Of a stretch of DNA of 64,000 bases, positions 1 through 11,172 are shown in pieces. Each line of letters begins with the position of its first letter. The stretch's first letter is position 1. The notes under the pieces were generated by a model. That model was not told the origin of the DNA. It did no database searches and worked only from the letters and a program-made list of their open reading frames with translations. The stretch covers positions 4,650,001 to 4,714,000 of the forward strand of contig NC_092000.1 of the NCBI RefSeq assembly GCF_044704955.1. The letters are read 5' to 3'. The position numbers were made by a program, and so were the translations under genes. The stretch comes from Pristiophorus japonicus (Eukaryota).

Positions 1-232
1 TGGGAGGCAGGCTGTGTCTCTCCCTCTCTCCCCGCTGGGAGGCAGGCTGTGTGCCGGGCCAGTACCCGGGGCCGGTAGCAGTGAGCCCCTCAGGCGGTGT
101 CTGGAAGCAGCCTCCCCGGCCGCGGTGGGCAGGGAGTCACCTGTCCATTCCCGGCTGCTTCACCTCACCGGGGGCTTCTTCTTCTTCTTCTTCCTCCCCC
201 CCCACACAAAAGTCCGGCTTTACCCCGGGGGT

Positions 233-1150
233 TCAACAGGCCACGATGGCTCGCACCCACAGGCTCAGCTTGCCCAACACTCGCTCCCGGCACGGCTGCT
301 CCTTGGGGCTGATCCGGCCGCCCGAGCCCGAACCCCAGCCCGGGGCCGCGGCCGAGCCCAGGCCGTGGATGTTGCCGGGCCCCTGCTCCAGCCCCCGGGT
401 CAGCCTCGCCCTCTTGTGCGGCACACACTCGGCCCAGTCCGCCTGCTCCCGGCCTTTCCGCCGCTTCCTGCTGCCGTCCCCGGCCTCTGCTGCCGGCAGT
501 CCTGTCCGGGGGGCCCGGCGGGGGCACAGAGGCGGCTGGCCCGGCCGGCCTGGGGACCCGCAGTCCCGGGGCTCCGGGGACACATCTCCCGGGCCGGGAA
601 TCCGAGACTGGATACATTCCGGGGACTCGATACATTGTTCGATACTTTGCCGGGACTCGATACATTGTTCGATACTTTGCCGGGACTCGATACATTGTTC
701 GATACTTTGCCGGGACTCGATACATTCCGGGGACTCGATACATTGTTCGATACTTTGCCGGGACTCGATACATTCCGGGGACTCGATACATTGTTCGATA
801 CTTTGCCGGGACTCGATACATTCCCCGATACATTGCCGGGACTCGATACATTGCTTGGATTCCCATTGCACGGGCGCCTCCGCCTCCCTCTCCACGCCGC
901 TCAGGGCCAGCCCCAGGCCGGCTGGGCTGTCGGTGTCCCCGGGTCGGGGCTCGGCCTCCATGGGGGCCGCCTGCTCCTGCTCCTGCTCCTGCTGGGCTCG
1001 GAGGCTCAGGTAGATGTCGCGGGCTCCCCGCAGCACCAGCGACAGCAGCAGGCTCTTGTGCAGCCGGATGCCGCCTCGCTGCAAGCGGCCGCTGTACATC
1101 TTGCCCAGGGCCACGGCCATCACCCGCTGGGCCTCCACCTTCAGCTCCAT
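233..1150 (-). CDS. IER2: Immediate early response 2 (IER family), single exon, 305 aa, with internal repeat expansion
   Basis: N-terminus [47 protein letters not shown] is the IER-family domain. Basic SRKRRK and HKRAR motifs are present; the C-terminus RAIVAC is IER2-like. Head-to-head with STX10 as in human. Confidence 0.9.
   Translation of the reverse strand: MELKVEAQRVMAVALGKMYSGRLQRGGIRLHKSLLLSLVLRGARDIYLSLRAQQEQEQEQAAPMEAEPRPGDTDSPAGLGLALSGVEREAEAPVQWESKQCIESRQCIGECIESRQSIEQCIESPECIESRQSIEQCIESPECIESRQSIEQCIESRQSIEQCIESRQSIEQCIESPECIQSRIPGPGDVSPEPRDCGSPGRPGQPPLCPRRAPRTGLPAAEAGDGSRKRRKGREQADWAECVPHKRARLTRGLEQGPGNIHGLGSAAAPGWGSGSGGRISPKEQPCRERVLGKLSLWVRAIVAC
611..854 (-). repeat. Coding minisatellite inside IER2 (30-bp and 18-bp units)
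   Basis: Plus-strand units gggactcgatacattgttcgatactttgcc (encodes [10 protein letters not shown]) and ggggactcgatacattcc (CIESPE); both are multiples of 3. Confidence 0.95.
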
Positions 1151-1240
1151 GGATGCAGCAAAGGGGAGAGGTTCGTGTCGGGGGGGGAGAACACGAACGT
1201 GAGATCCGCTCCTTCAATCGCCCGTTCTCAGGGCCATTCT

Positions 1241-1523
1241 CTTTTATATAGCAATGACGCCCAGCCCCAAGTTCCAGCCCTCCCCCAGCCACATTCATTC
1301 CGCCCACTGGCACATTGCAGCGATAATTGCAATATTGGCCCCCTTTTCCCTCGCCCCCTCCACTTCCCAAATTCCTCCCTCCTCCTCCCCCCTCCCCTCC
1401 CACTCACATCCAGCCCTCCCACTCTCTCCCAGACCCTGGGCTTTGCGCCCTTGCTCCATATATGGTCCGGGCGGACGCGCCGCCTCTTCACTCTCTAGCG
1501 CCAATTTCCGACTCCATATTTGG
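1241..1523 (-). promoter_or_regulatory. IER2 promoter: TATA, CRE half-site, two CArG boxes, Ets site
   Basis: Minus-strand TATATAAAAG at 1241-1250; TGACG at 1255-1259; CC(A/T)6GG boxes CCATATATGG 1456-1465 and CCATATTTGG 1514-1523; Ets core CGGAAA (minus) 1505-1510 beside the second CArG. Confidence 0.8.
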
Positions 1524-1709
1524 GTCTCGCTGGAAATTCCCGTTGGTTCTGCCTCCACCCTTCCCCCTCCTCCTTTCCAACCCCCCCCCCAGGGGATGAT
1601 CCAACCCGGCATCGTCTTCAGGAGGGAGGCAAAAGTCACGCCTACATTAAAAAATAAAACGAAAATATTTTTAATAGTCTCACCGGTAAGGTTAGCATTG
1701 TGCTTATCT

Positions 1710-2081
1710 TAGAAACATAGAAAATAGGTGCAGGAGTAGGCCATTCGGCCCTTCGAGCCTGCACCACCATTCAATATGATCATGGTTGATCATTCCCTCA
1801 GTACCCCTTTCCTGCTTTCTCTCCATACCCCTTGATCCCTTTAGCCGTAAGGGCCATATCTAACTCCCTCTTGAATATATCCAATGAACTGGCATCAACA
1901 GCTCTCTGCGCCAGGGAATTCCACAGGTTCACAACTCTCTGAGTGAAAAAGTTTCTCCTCATCTCAGTTCAGTCCTAAATGGCTTACCCCTTATCCTTGG
2001 ACTGTGACCCCTGGTTCCGGACTTCCCCAACATCGGGAACATTCTACCCACATCTAACCTGTCCAGTCCCGTCAGAATTTT
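1710..2081 (-). mobile_element. CR1 LINE 3' fragment
   Basis: Tail tagaaacatagaaaataggtgcaggagtaggcc; same ORF2 C-terminus and 3'UTR as the full-length copy at 14646-19350. Confidence 0.9.
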
Positions 2082-2089
2082 ACTGGAAT

Positions 2090-2565
2090 AGACGGCAGCT
2101 GGGGAACTTAAATTCAGTTAATTCAATAAATCTGGAACAAAAAAGCTAGTGTTAGTAATGGTGAATGCCGGATTGTCGTAAAAACCCTTCGGGTTCACGC
2201 ATGTCCTCTTTAGGGAAGGAAAGTGCTGTAGAAATCCCTCAATCCTTTATTTACTACTACTTGGGGGATCAAGGGGTATGGCGAGAAAGCAGGAATGGGC
2301 TACTGAAGTTGCATGTTCAGCCATGAACTTATTGAATGGCGGTGCAGGCTCGAAGGGACGAATGGCCTACTCCTGCACCTATTTTCTATGTTTCTATGAA
2401 ATCTGCTGCCCTTACCCGGTCTGGCCGATATGTGACTCCAGACCCACAGCAATGTGGTTGACTCTGAACTGCCCCCTGAAATGGCCCAGCGAGACACTCC
2501 AGGGTAATTCGGGATGGGCAATAAATGCCAGCAATGCCCACATTCCAGGAACAAATAATTTTTTT
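2090..2565 (+). mobile_element. SINE body interrupted by a short CR1 3' fragment (about 2258-2397)
   Basis: Matches the SINE at 32849-33395 (aaattcagttaat...gggaaggaaatctgc...gatgggcaataaatgcc); it is split at GAAA by a CR1 3'UTR. Confidence 0.75.
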
Positions 2566-3159
2566 TTAAGTATCCAAGTTTTAGGATGTTGGAAGTGGAA
2601 AGAGGAATCGGTTCCAGAAAGGTCTTTCTAGCAAATAAAGGATTGAGGGATTTCTACAGCACTTTTCACCCGCTCCAAAAAATATACAAACACGTTGACA
2701 TTTTAATTGGTTTTGTCAAAAATGACTAATATCGGGACTATATAGTCTGTGCAAAAGAACACACCCAAACCAGCACCTGTCTGCACCTGTTAACATCTTA
2801 ATGAGCTTTAGTAATCAACAATGAAACTCGACGGTGAGATTTAGCATTAGGAATGAAGACCTCATTGTACAGGAATGATGATATAATAGTGACTAGTGAG
2901 GATCAGAACATTTCCTAAAATCTAGTCATGATGAAGGACAAGAATTTTATTCACCGTTTCCATGGAGAAGTGGATGGGATTGCAGAATTGGAAAGTTCTG
3001 GAAAAATCCTGTAGATCCCAGGAATAAAAATGCAGTTTGACTTTTTTTAGTCATCCTCAACTATTGTAAATCGTGGAATGCCACCCCTAAAAAGCCAGTA
3101 CTAATTCTGGAATCCCATATACTTCCCAGCAAAGGAGAGTTTAGAAAAAGATAACAACC

Positions 3160-3415
3160 GCTATATTTATATAGCGCCTTTAACATAGTAAAACGTCCCA
3201 AGATGCTTCACAGGAGCGATTATCAGACAAACTTTGACACCGAACCACATAAGGAGATATTAAGACAGGTGACCAGAAACTGGATTAAAGAGGTAGGTTT
3301 TAAGGAGCGTCTTAAAGGAGAGGTTTAGGGAGGGAGTGCCAGAGCTTAGGGCCCAGGCAGCTGAAGGCACAGCCACCGATGGTGGAGCGATGGGAATCGG
3401 GGGATGCTCAATAAT
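3160..3415 (-). mobile_element. L2-type LINE 3' fragment
   Basis: tttatatagcgcctttaacatagtaaaacgtcccaag...gggcccaggcagctgaaggcac; same family as 39600-41215. Confidence 0.75.
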
Positions 3416-3899
3416 CTTAATACTTGAAAATAAACTAAGAGTAGGAGTAGGAAATGGTCATTTTGGGACTGATATCAGTAAATTCTTTGCACATAGTGTG
3501 AAATGTGGATTTCCAGGTCGAGTACTGTAGGCAAAAAACCCTGGGATCCTTTAAGAAACAATTTATTGAATCGTAGAATGATACCATACAGGAGGAGGCC
3601 ATTCAGCCCATTGTGCCTGTCCTGGCTCTCTTTGGTAGAGCTGTCCAATCAGTCCCACTCCCCTGCCCCCCGTTCTTTCCCCATAGCCCTGTAAATTCTT
3701 CTCTTTCAAGTATATATCCAATTCCTAATCAGATGCTACAACGGGTGCGGGGGGGAGGGGAGGGGGGGGGGGGATGTTAAAGAATAGCCAGCATTTGGTG
3801 TTCTAAGGCAACAGATAAGAAACTCATATTTCTACTTCTTGCTGTTTATGCCAATCACCGGTATAAGGAGTAGGAAGTGCCTCTTCATTAAACTGAACA

Positions 3900-4427
3900 T
3901 TAAACAAAAGACTTTTAAAGGAACCTGAATAAATCAAACGGAAGTTTTGATTTGGGGTGGGGGAGGTGATGGTGCACTCCAGTCCCTCCGGCGCCCACCT
4001 CTCGCGGAAGGCCTCGAGCGTGCCGGTGGACACCGCCTGCTCCATCTCCAGGGGCACTTGGATGCAAAAACAGTCGCTAAAAAGAGGCAGGCAGTCGGGG
4101 CTGAACGACCCCCTCGACCGCCCGCTGCCTGGACCGGTTAATGGCCAACTTGGCCAGGCCCAGGAGCAGTCCTATAAGGAGGTCCCTGGTCCCTTCAGTT
4201 GCCTGCTCCACCCTCCCCCCCCCCCCCCCACCCATCGGGTTCCCAAAGATCGGGAGCGTGGGACTGAAGTGCAGCCAGACATCGAAGAGCAGCCCCTTCA
4301 CTGACAGAGGGGGCTGCAATCTCTCACGCTCAGTGTAAATGTGGAACACGGACTTCCCCCAGGCCACAGAAACTGCAGGCCGTCCGGAAGTCGTTGAACC
4401 GACTCAAAAACCTGTTGCACGGGACTG
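3900..4427 (-). mobile_element. L1/Tx1-like LINE ORF2 C-terminal fragment
   Basis: Translates to WLHFSPTL..FG..DLLIGLLLGLAKLAINRSRQR..LEMEQAVSTGTLEAFRERWAPEGLEC, a Tx1-clade ORF2 tail. Two more copies are in the window. The left boundary is approximate. Confidence 0.7.
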
Positions 4428-5070
4428 ACATAAGAACATAAGAAATAGGAGCAGGAGTAGGACATACGGCCCCTCGAGCCTGCTCCATCATTTAATACGA
4501 GCATGGCTGATCCGATCATGGACTCAGCTCCACTTCCCGGCCCGTTCCCCATAACCCCTTATCCCCTTATCGTTTAAGAAACTGTCTATCTCTGTCTTAA
4601 ATGCATTCAATGTCCCGGCTTCCACAGCTCTCTGAGGCAGCGAATTTCACAGATTTTCAACTATTTTTGTAGAAACAGTAATCAAATGCTCCCTGATTAA
4701 AGGGGGGGGGGGGGGGGGGGCACTAAAACCGACAATTTAAAGAAATTAATTTTTTACTGTAAAACTTAAATCAAATTAAAATTTGGTTGCCGGGGGTGAT
4801 GGTGCACTCCAGTCCCTCTGGCGCCCACGTCTCACGATCAGCCATGATCATATTGAATGGCGGTGCAGGCTCGAGGGGCCGAATGGCCTACTCCCGCACC
4901 TATTTTCTGTGTTTCTAAGGCCGCGAGCGTACCGGTGGACACCGCGTGCTCCATCTCCAGGGACACCCTGGCTCGGACGTAACCGCGGAAGAGAGGCAGG
5001 CAGTCGGGCTGAACGAGCCCCTACTCCACAGATTTACAACCCTCTGGGAGAAGAAATTCCTCCTCATCTG
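4428..5070 (-). mobile_element. Nested cluster: CR1 3' fragment interrupted by a Tx1-like fragment (4662-5023), itself interrupted by a CR1 3'UTR piece (4836-4917, +)
   Basis: CR1 breaks at cacagattttcaac and resumes at cacagatttacaac. The Tx1 sequence is continuous across the inserted gatcagccatg...tgtttcta. Confidence 0.75.
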
Positions 5071-5373
5071 CGCTTTTAAAAACTTTGTGCCACTCTCTCT
5101 CCTGGCCAAAGTCCCCAATAAAGCTCGCGTTGCGAGGGTATGCTCACAGAATGAGGGGAGGGGCTTGACAAGGGGAAAAGGGGGCCACTCAGCAGGGTGC
5201 AGGATACCAGAGAGCACCACAAGTTGGAGCTGTTTGCATGGGCAACTTTTGCAGGAACTGATGGTCTGTGGTTACAGTGAAGCCCAGTCCCTTGCCATGT
5301 GATGAGGGAGTGTTCCCGGATCTTGCTGAGGGTGGCTGACAGTCGAGGCTTGGGTGTTGAGCAAAGACAAAAG

Positions 5374-5408
5374 ATGTCACTGGACGATCCATTTTTTGTT
5401 GTGAAAGG
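5374..5408 (+). CDS. STX10: Syntaxin-10 coding exon 1. CDS = join(5374-5408,8211-8380,12333-12427,22518-22580,24670-24786,25949-26055,29094-29188,30282-30358), 759 nt, 252 aa
   Basis: ATG TCA CTG GAC GAT CCA TTT TTT GTT GTG AAA GG|gtgagt = MSLDDPFFVVKG, the STX6/STX10 N-terminus. Confidence 0.93.
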
Positions 5409-5913
5409 GTGAGTGACGAACCACCGTAAAGCCCTGTCCTGGGCAAAGAGGCAGCCAGCAGCTCGGGGCTCTGTGCTTCCCCGAGTTGTACCAGCTGCGA
5501 GCGATGTTTCCCTTCCCCTGTTGAGTTTAAAAGGGCTGCAGGAACTTTCCCAGCCCCCTCCTGTCCATTCCCATTGCCCGCTGGCCCGGAGCTGGGAGCT
5601 GTTCCCTTGTGTGCTCACCAGCTCTGGCCCGTGCGCCCTTGGTCGGATGCGAGCAGGAGCCCTCGGGGCTGTTGCTTGTTGAAGGCTGGGCAAACTGCAC
5701 AAATCACAGACCTGGGACAAGCCACAACACGCGGAGTGGTGAGAGTTTGGGAGTGTTATTCTCCACTGGATGGTCTGGGGAATTCTCCAGGGTGGAATTC
5801 GCCCAGCTATCAATCTGAAAGAAAAGCCTGGCGCCTCTCTATCTATTGCCCGTCGCAACCTCAGGCTGTCCCAAAGCGTTTTGCAGCCAATGAAGTACTT
5901 TGTGACGTGCAGT

Positions 5914-6525
5914 CATAGAATCACAGAATAGGACAGCACAGGAAGAGGCCATTCGGCCCCTCGAGTCTGGACCAGCTCTATCGAAGAGCGATCCAGTTAG
6001 TCCCACTCCCTCGCCCTTTCCCCATATCCCGGCAATTTTTTGTCTCCTTCAGGGCACTTATCCAACTCCCCTTTTGAAAGCCACGATTGAGTCTGCCTCC
6101 AACACACGCCCTCAGGCAGCACATTCCAGATCCTAACCACTCAGCTGTGTAAAAGGTTTTTCCTGACCAATACTTATCCCTCAATCAACATCACAAAAAC
6201 AGATTATCCGGTCATTATCACATTGCTGTGTGTGGGAGCTTGCTGTGCGCAAATTGGCTGCCGCGTTTCCCACATTACAACAGTGACTACACTCCAAAAG
6301 TACTTCATTGGCTGTAAAGTGTTTTGCGATGTCTGGTGGTGAAAGGCGCGATATAAATGCAAGTCTTTCTTTCATGTTGCATCTGTTTTTTTTGCCAATC
6401 ACCTTAAACCTGTACCCTGTGGTTACAGACCCCCCAGCCATCAGTTTCTCCTTATTTACTCTGTCTAAACACTTCATGATTTTAAACACCTCGATCAAAT
6501 CTTCTCCTGGCCTTCTCTGCTCCAA
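5914..6525 (-). mobile_element. Degenerate CR1 3' fragment interrupted by a SINE 3' part (about 6170-6372, +)
   Basis: catagaatcacagaat tail and CR1-like ORF2 remnant (ORF 6181-6525); SINE tail cattggctgtaaag...gcaagtctttcttt. Confidence 0.65.
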
Positions 6526-6859
6526 TCACTGTTGAGATGTAGATCCGTCTATCTTCTAGCCATCCATGTAATGTGATGTCTTTGATCCTACTTTGTGAAG
6601 GTTCTCCCGTTGGATTCTTGCGGAGGTGAAACTCCATAGGCACCAGATGCCCTCGTGTACCCCACCGGGTTGGTGTGTGAGTTGGCAGGCTGTGACACGG
6701 TGGGGAGGGGCAGCGATGTCGGGTCCATTCCTTCTCTCCCCGTCAGTGTCTGCTGGCGAGCGGAGTCACTGGATCGCTGTGTCCTGGCCCTCCTCCCTCC
6801 CCCCGCCCCCCCCCCCCCCCCAGGGACGCCCTGATAAACACGCAGACATGGTGTTGTGA

Positions 6860-7230
6860 TACAAAGGCTAAACACTGCGGATGCTGGAATCTGAAATAAA
6901 AACAGAAAATGCTGTAAATCTCAGCGGGTCGGGCAGCGTCTGTGGAGAGAGAAACAGAGTTAGCGTTTTGGGTCGATGACCCTTGGTCAGAACTGGAGAG
7001 CGTTCGAAATAAACAGATTGTTAAGGAGCATTGAAAGGGGGAGGGGAGGAGAGAACAACAGGGAAGGTCTGTGATAGGGGGGAAGGCAGGAGAGATTAGA
7101 GACACAAAAGGGACGATGGGCCGACTTGAAATGGTAATGGCCGGAGTTAGAGAAAGGTTAGTCTGGATAGGGTGTGAATGGCGAGATAATTACCGGCTGC
7201 CATTAGAGATAAAGAGAGAACAAAACATAA
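6860..7230 (-). mobile_element. Penelope-like element terminal-repeat fragment with degenerate hammerhead motif
   Basis: gatgctggaatctgaaataaaaacagaaaatgctg...tgtggagagagaaacagagtt resembles a common shark PLE-derived repeat (from recall). Minus strand reads CTGACCA-AGGGTC-ATC-GACCC-AAAAC. Confidence 0.55.
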
Positions 7231-7254
7231 GCTCGCGAACTGCTGGGCCTTTTA

Positions 7255-8109
7255 TAGGGTTAGGTGAGTGGGCAAATGCATGGCAGATGCAGTATAATGT
7301 GGATAAATGTGAGGTTATCCACTTTGGGGGCAAAAACACGAAGGCAGAATATTATCTGAATGGCGGCAGATTAGGAAAAGGGGAGGTGCAACGAGACCTG
7401 GGTGTCATGGTACATCAGTCATTGAAAGTTGGCATGCAGGTACAGCAGGCGGTGAAGAAGGCAAATGGTATGTTGGCCTTCATAGCTAGGGGATTTGAGT
7501 ATAGGAGCAGGGAGGTCTTACTGCAGTTGTACAGGGCCTTGGTGAGACCTCACCTTGAATATTGTGTTCAGTTTTGGTCTCCTAATCTGAGGAAGGACGT
7601 TCTTGCTATTGAGGGAGTGCAGCGAAGGTTCACCAGACTGATTCCAGGGATGGCAGGACTGACATATGAGGAGAGACTGGATCGACTGGGCCTGTATTCA
7701 CTGGAGTTTAGAAGGATGAGAGGGGATCTCATAGAAACGTATAACATTCTGACGGGACTGGACAGGTTAGATGCAGGAAGAATGTTCCCGATGTTGGGGA
7801 AGTCCAGAACCAGGGGACACAGTCTAAGGATAAGGGGTAAGCCATTTAGGACCAAGATGAGGAGAAACTTCTTCACCCAGAGAGTTGTGAACCTGTGGAA
7901 TTCCCTGCCGCAGAGAGTTGTTGAGGCCAATTCGTTGGATATATTCAAGAGGGAGTTAGATGTGGACCTTACGGCTAAAGGAATCAAGGGGTATGGAGAG
8001 AAAGCAGGAAAGGGGTACTGAGGGAATGATCAGCCATGATCATATTGAATGGTGGTGCAGGCTCGAAGGGCCGAATGGCCTACTCCTGCACCTATTTTCT
8101 ATGTTTCTA
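7255..8109 (+). mobile_element. CR1 LINE, 5'-truncated (RT C-terminus plus 3'UTR)
   Basis: WANAWQMQYNVDKCEVIHFG...LVRPHLEYCVQFWSP...RVVNLWNSLP; tail ttttctatgtttcta. Confidence 0.92.
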
Positions 8110-8210
8110 TATTCAGCTCGAGGGGTGGGGGGGAGGGAGCCAAAGTTGGGCAGAGGTTATGCTTTGGAATTGTCGCACGCTGTTGTGAGATTGCTTTTCT
8201 TTGATTGCAG

Positions 8211-8380
8211 GGAGGTTCAGAAGGCGGTGAATACGGCTCGCGGACTTTACCAGCGATGGTGTGAGTTACTGCAGGACTCACAGAGTGTCAGCAAGGAGGA
8301 GTATGACTGGACCACAAATGAACTTCGCAACAGTCTGCGCAGTATTGAGTGGGATCTGGAGGATCTGGACGAGACAATCG
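8211..8380 (+). CDS. STX10: Syntaxin-10 exon 2
   Basis: ttgcag|G GAG GTT..: [56 protein letters not shown]; followed by the U12 donor ATATCCTC. Confidence 0.95.
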
Positions 8381-8639
8381 ATATCCTCCAATAGTAACCA
8401 CCCCCCGCTGCCTGGACCCCAAGCTCTGGAATTCCCTCCCTAAAACCCTCGCTCCTCTTTTAAGACGCTCCTTAAACCTGACCTCCTGACCCTTCACCGG
8501 AGCATTATTGCCTGAGATCGCTCATGTGAAGCACCTTGGGATGTTCCACTACGTTAAAGGCGCCATAGAAATGTTGTATATATATATTTCTGTGTATTTT
8601 TAAAGATCTGTTTTCTCCCCTCCTCCAAATAGCACTGCG

Positions 8640-10197
8640 CCTAACTGGGGCACGGCCTAACTGGGGCACGGCCTAATACGGCCTAACTGGGGCACGGCCT
8701 AACTGGGGCACGGCCTAACTGGGGCACGGCCTAACTGGGGCACGGCCTAACTGGGGACGGCCTAACTGGGTCACGGCCTAACTGGGGCACGGCCTAACTG
8801 GGGCACGGCCTAACTGGGGCACGGCCTAACTGGGGCACGGCCTAATATGGCCCAACTGGGGCACGGCCTAACTGGGGCATGGCCTAATACGGCCCAACTG
8901 GGGCACGGCCTAATACGACCTAACTGGGGCATGGCCTAACTGGGGTACAGCCTAACTGGGGCACGGCCTAATACGACCTAACTGGGGCACGGCCTAATAC
9001 GACCTAACTGGGGCATGGCCTAATACGACCTAACTGGGGCATGGCCTAATACGACCTAACTGGGGCATGGCCTAACTGGGGCACGGCCTAACTGGGGCAC
9101 GGCCTAACTGGGGTACGGCCTAACTGGGGCACGGCCTAACTGGGGCACGGCCTAACTGGGGACGGCCTAACTGGGGCATGGCCTAATACGGCCCAACTGG
9201 GGCACGGCCTAACTGGGGCATGGCCTAATACGGCCCAACTGGGGCACGGCCTAATACGACCTAACTGGGGCATGGCCTAACTGGGGTACAGCCTAACTGG
9301 GGCATGGCCTAATACGACCTAACTGGGGCACGGCCTAATACGACCTAACTGGGGCACGGCCTAATACGACCTAACTGGGGCACGGCCTAATACGACCTAA
9401 CTGGGGCATGGCCTAATACGACCTAACTGGGGCATGGCCTAACTGGGGTACAGCCTAACTGGGGCACGGCCTAATACGGCCTAACTGGGGCATGGCCTAA
9501 TACGACCTAACTGGGGCATGGCCTAACTGGGGTACAGCCTAACTGGGGCACGGCCTAATACGGCCTAACTGGGGCACGGCCTAATACGGCCTAACTGGGG
9601 CATGGCCTAATACGGCCTAACTGGGGCACGGCCTAATACGACCTAACTGGGGCATGGCCTAATACGGCCTAACTGGGGTACAGCCTAACTGGGGCACGGC
9701 CTAATACGGCCTAACTGGGGCATGGCCTAATACGGCCTAACTGGGGCATGGCCTAATACGGCCTAACTGGGGCACGGCCTAATACGACCTAACTGGGGCA
9801 TGGCCTAATACGGCCTAACTGGGGTACAGCCTAACTGGGGCACGGCCTAATACGACCTAACTGGGGCATGGCCTAACTGGGGTACAGCCTAATACGACCT
9901 AACTGGGGCATGGCCTAACTGGGGTACAGCCTAACTGGGGCATGGCCTAATACGGCCTAACTGGGGCATGGCCTAACTGGGGTACAGCCTAACTGGGGCA
10001 TGGCCTAATACGACCTAACTGGGGCATGGCCTAACTGGGGTACAGCCTAATACGACCTAACTGGGGCATGGCCTAATACGGCCTAACTGGGGTACAGCCT
10101 AACTGGGGCACGGCCTAATACGGCCTAACTGGGGTACAGCCTAACTGGGGCACGGCCTAATACGGCCTAACTGGGGTACAGCCTAACTGGGGTACGG
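8640..10197 (+). repeat. Compound minisatellite (16-bp cctaactggggcacgg plus 10-bp cctaatacga/gg units)
   Basis: About 1.56 kb of direct tandem units read from the sequence. Confidence 0.97.
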
Positions 10198-10209
10198 CTT
10201 CTGCCTTGT

Positions 10210-10595
10210 TTCACATCCTGGTTTACAAATCTCTCCATGGCCCTCGCCCCCTCCCTATTTCTGTAATATCCTCCAGCCCCACAACTCCCCGAGATGTCTG
10301 CGCTCCTCTAACTCTGCCCTCCTGAGCATCCCTGATTATAATCGCTCCACCATCGGTGGCCGTGCCTTCAGCTGCCTGGGCCCCAAGCTCAGGAACTCCC
10401 TCCCTAAACCTCTCCGCCTCTCTCTCCTCCTTCAAGAAGCTCCTTAAAACCTACCTCTCTGACCGAGCTTTTGGTCATCTGCCCTAAAATCTCCTTATGT
10501 GATTCGGTGTCAAATTTTTAAATCCCATAACGCTCCTGTGAAAGGCCTTGGGACGTTTCGCTACTTTAAAGGTGCTATATAAATCCAAGTTGTTG
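10210..10595 (+). mobile_element. L2-type LINE 3' fragment
   Basis: Near-identical to 40815-41215 (ccctgattataatcgctccaccatcggtggccgtgccttcagctg). Confidence 0.8.
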
Positions 10596-11172
10596 TGTGA
10601 GCCTCGGCAGGCTATTCGACTACTGGAGGCATGCTGGCAGAGCTGGATCCTGTCCCCGATCTTACCACTAGATACACGTTCAGCAGCAGGAGCCCTGCTT
10701 GGTTCTTAATCCCGAGGTGCCGAGGAGAATTGCAGCACCCGTCCCACCAGCCAGTCCGAGGTGGGGGAATCGCACCTTGGCACTACCCGCTCCGTACGGC
10801 TCGGTGCAATGCCGGCCAGTGTGGTTCCCCATTGAGGTGTAAGGGGAAGTGGGGACTGCCCTGGGCAGGCAGCAGTGTGTGTGTGTGTTGGGGATGGGTG
10901 GTATGCCTGTGATGGGACCACACAGTGAGCTGGGGGGGACGGAGGCTGAGTTGGCACGGGGGTGTGAGGCGGCAGGCAGTAATACAGCGAGTTTCTGTAA
11001 ATTAACAGAATGGGAGCCATCAAAAACTGACCAACGATTAAATAGTAACTGACAGAAATTGTTGGTGTAGGAATAGTGTGTGTGTTTGTTTGTCGTTGAA
11101 GATTTTAAAATGTCTGTATGTAAAAATGAAGTCCTGTTTCACACTCGAGACAATCCCGGATATGCTTGATTG

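Noticed and set aside
14-1498. Long ORFs overlapping IER2 (494, 320 and 412 aa)
   Set aside because: Shadow frames of a GC-rich CDS containing a stop-free repeat; no recognisable domains.
7960-8394. Apparent LINE-STX10 fusion ORF ending DILQ*
   Set aside because: Chance read-in from the CR1 3'UTR and read-through of the AT-AC donor; the real exon is 8211-8380.
8640-10197. CRISPR-like appearance of the regular arrays
   Set aside because: No unique spacers, no cas genes, eukaryotic intronic context; these are plain tandem repeats.
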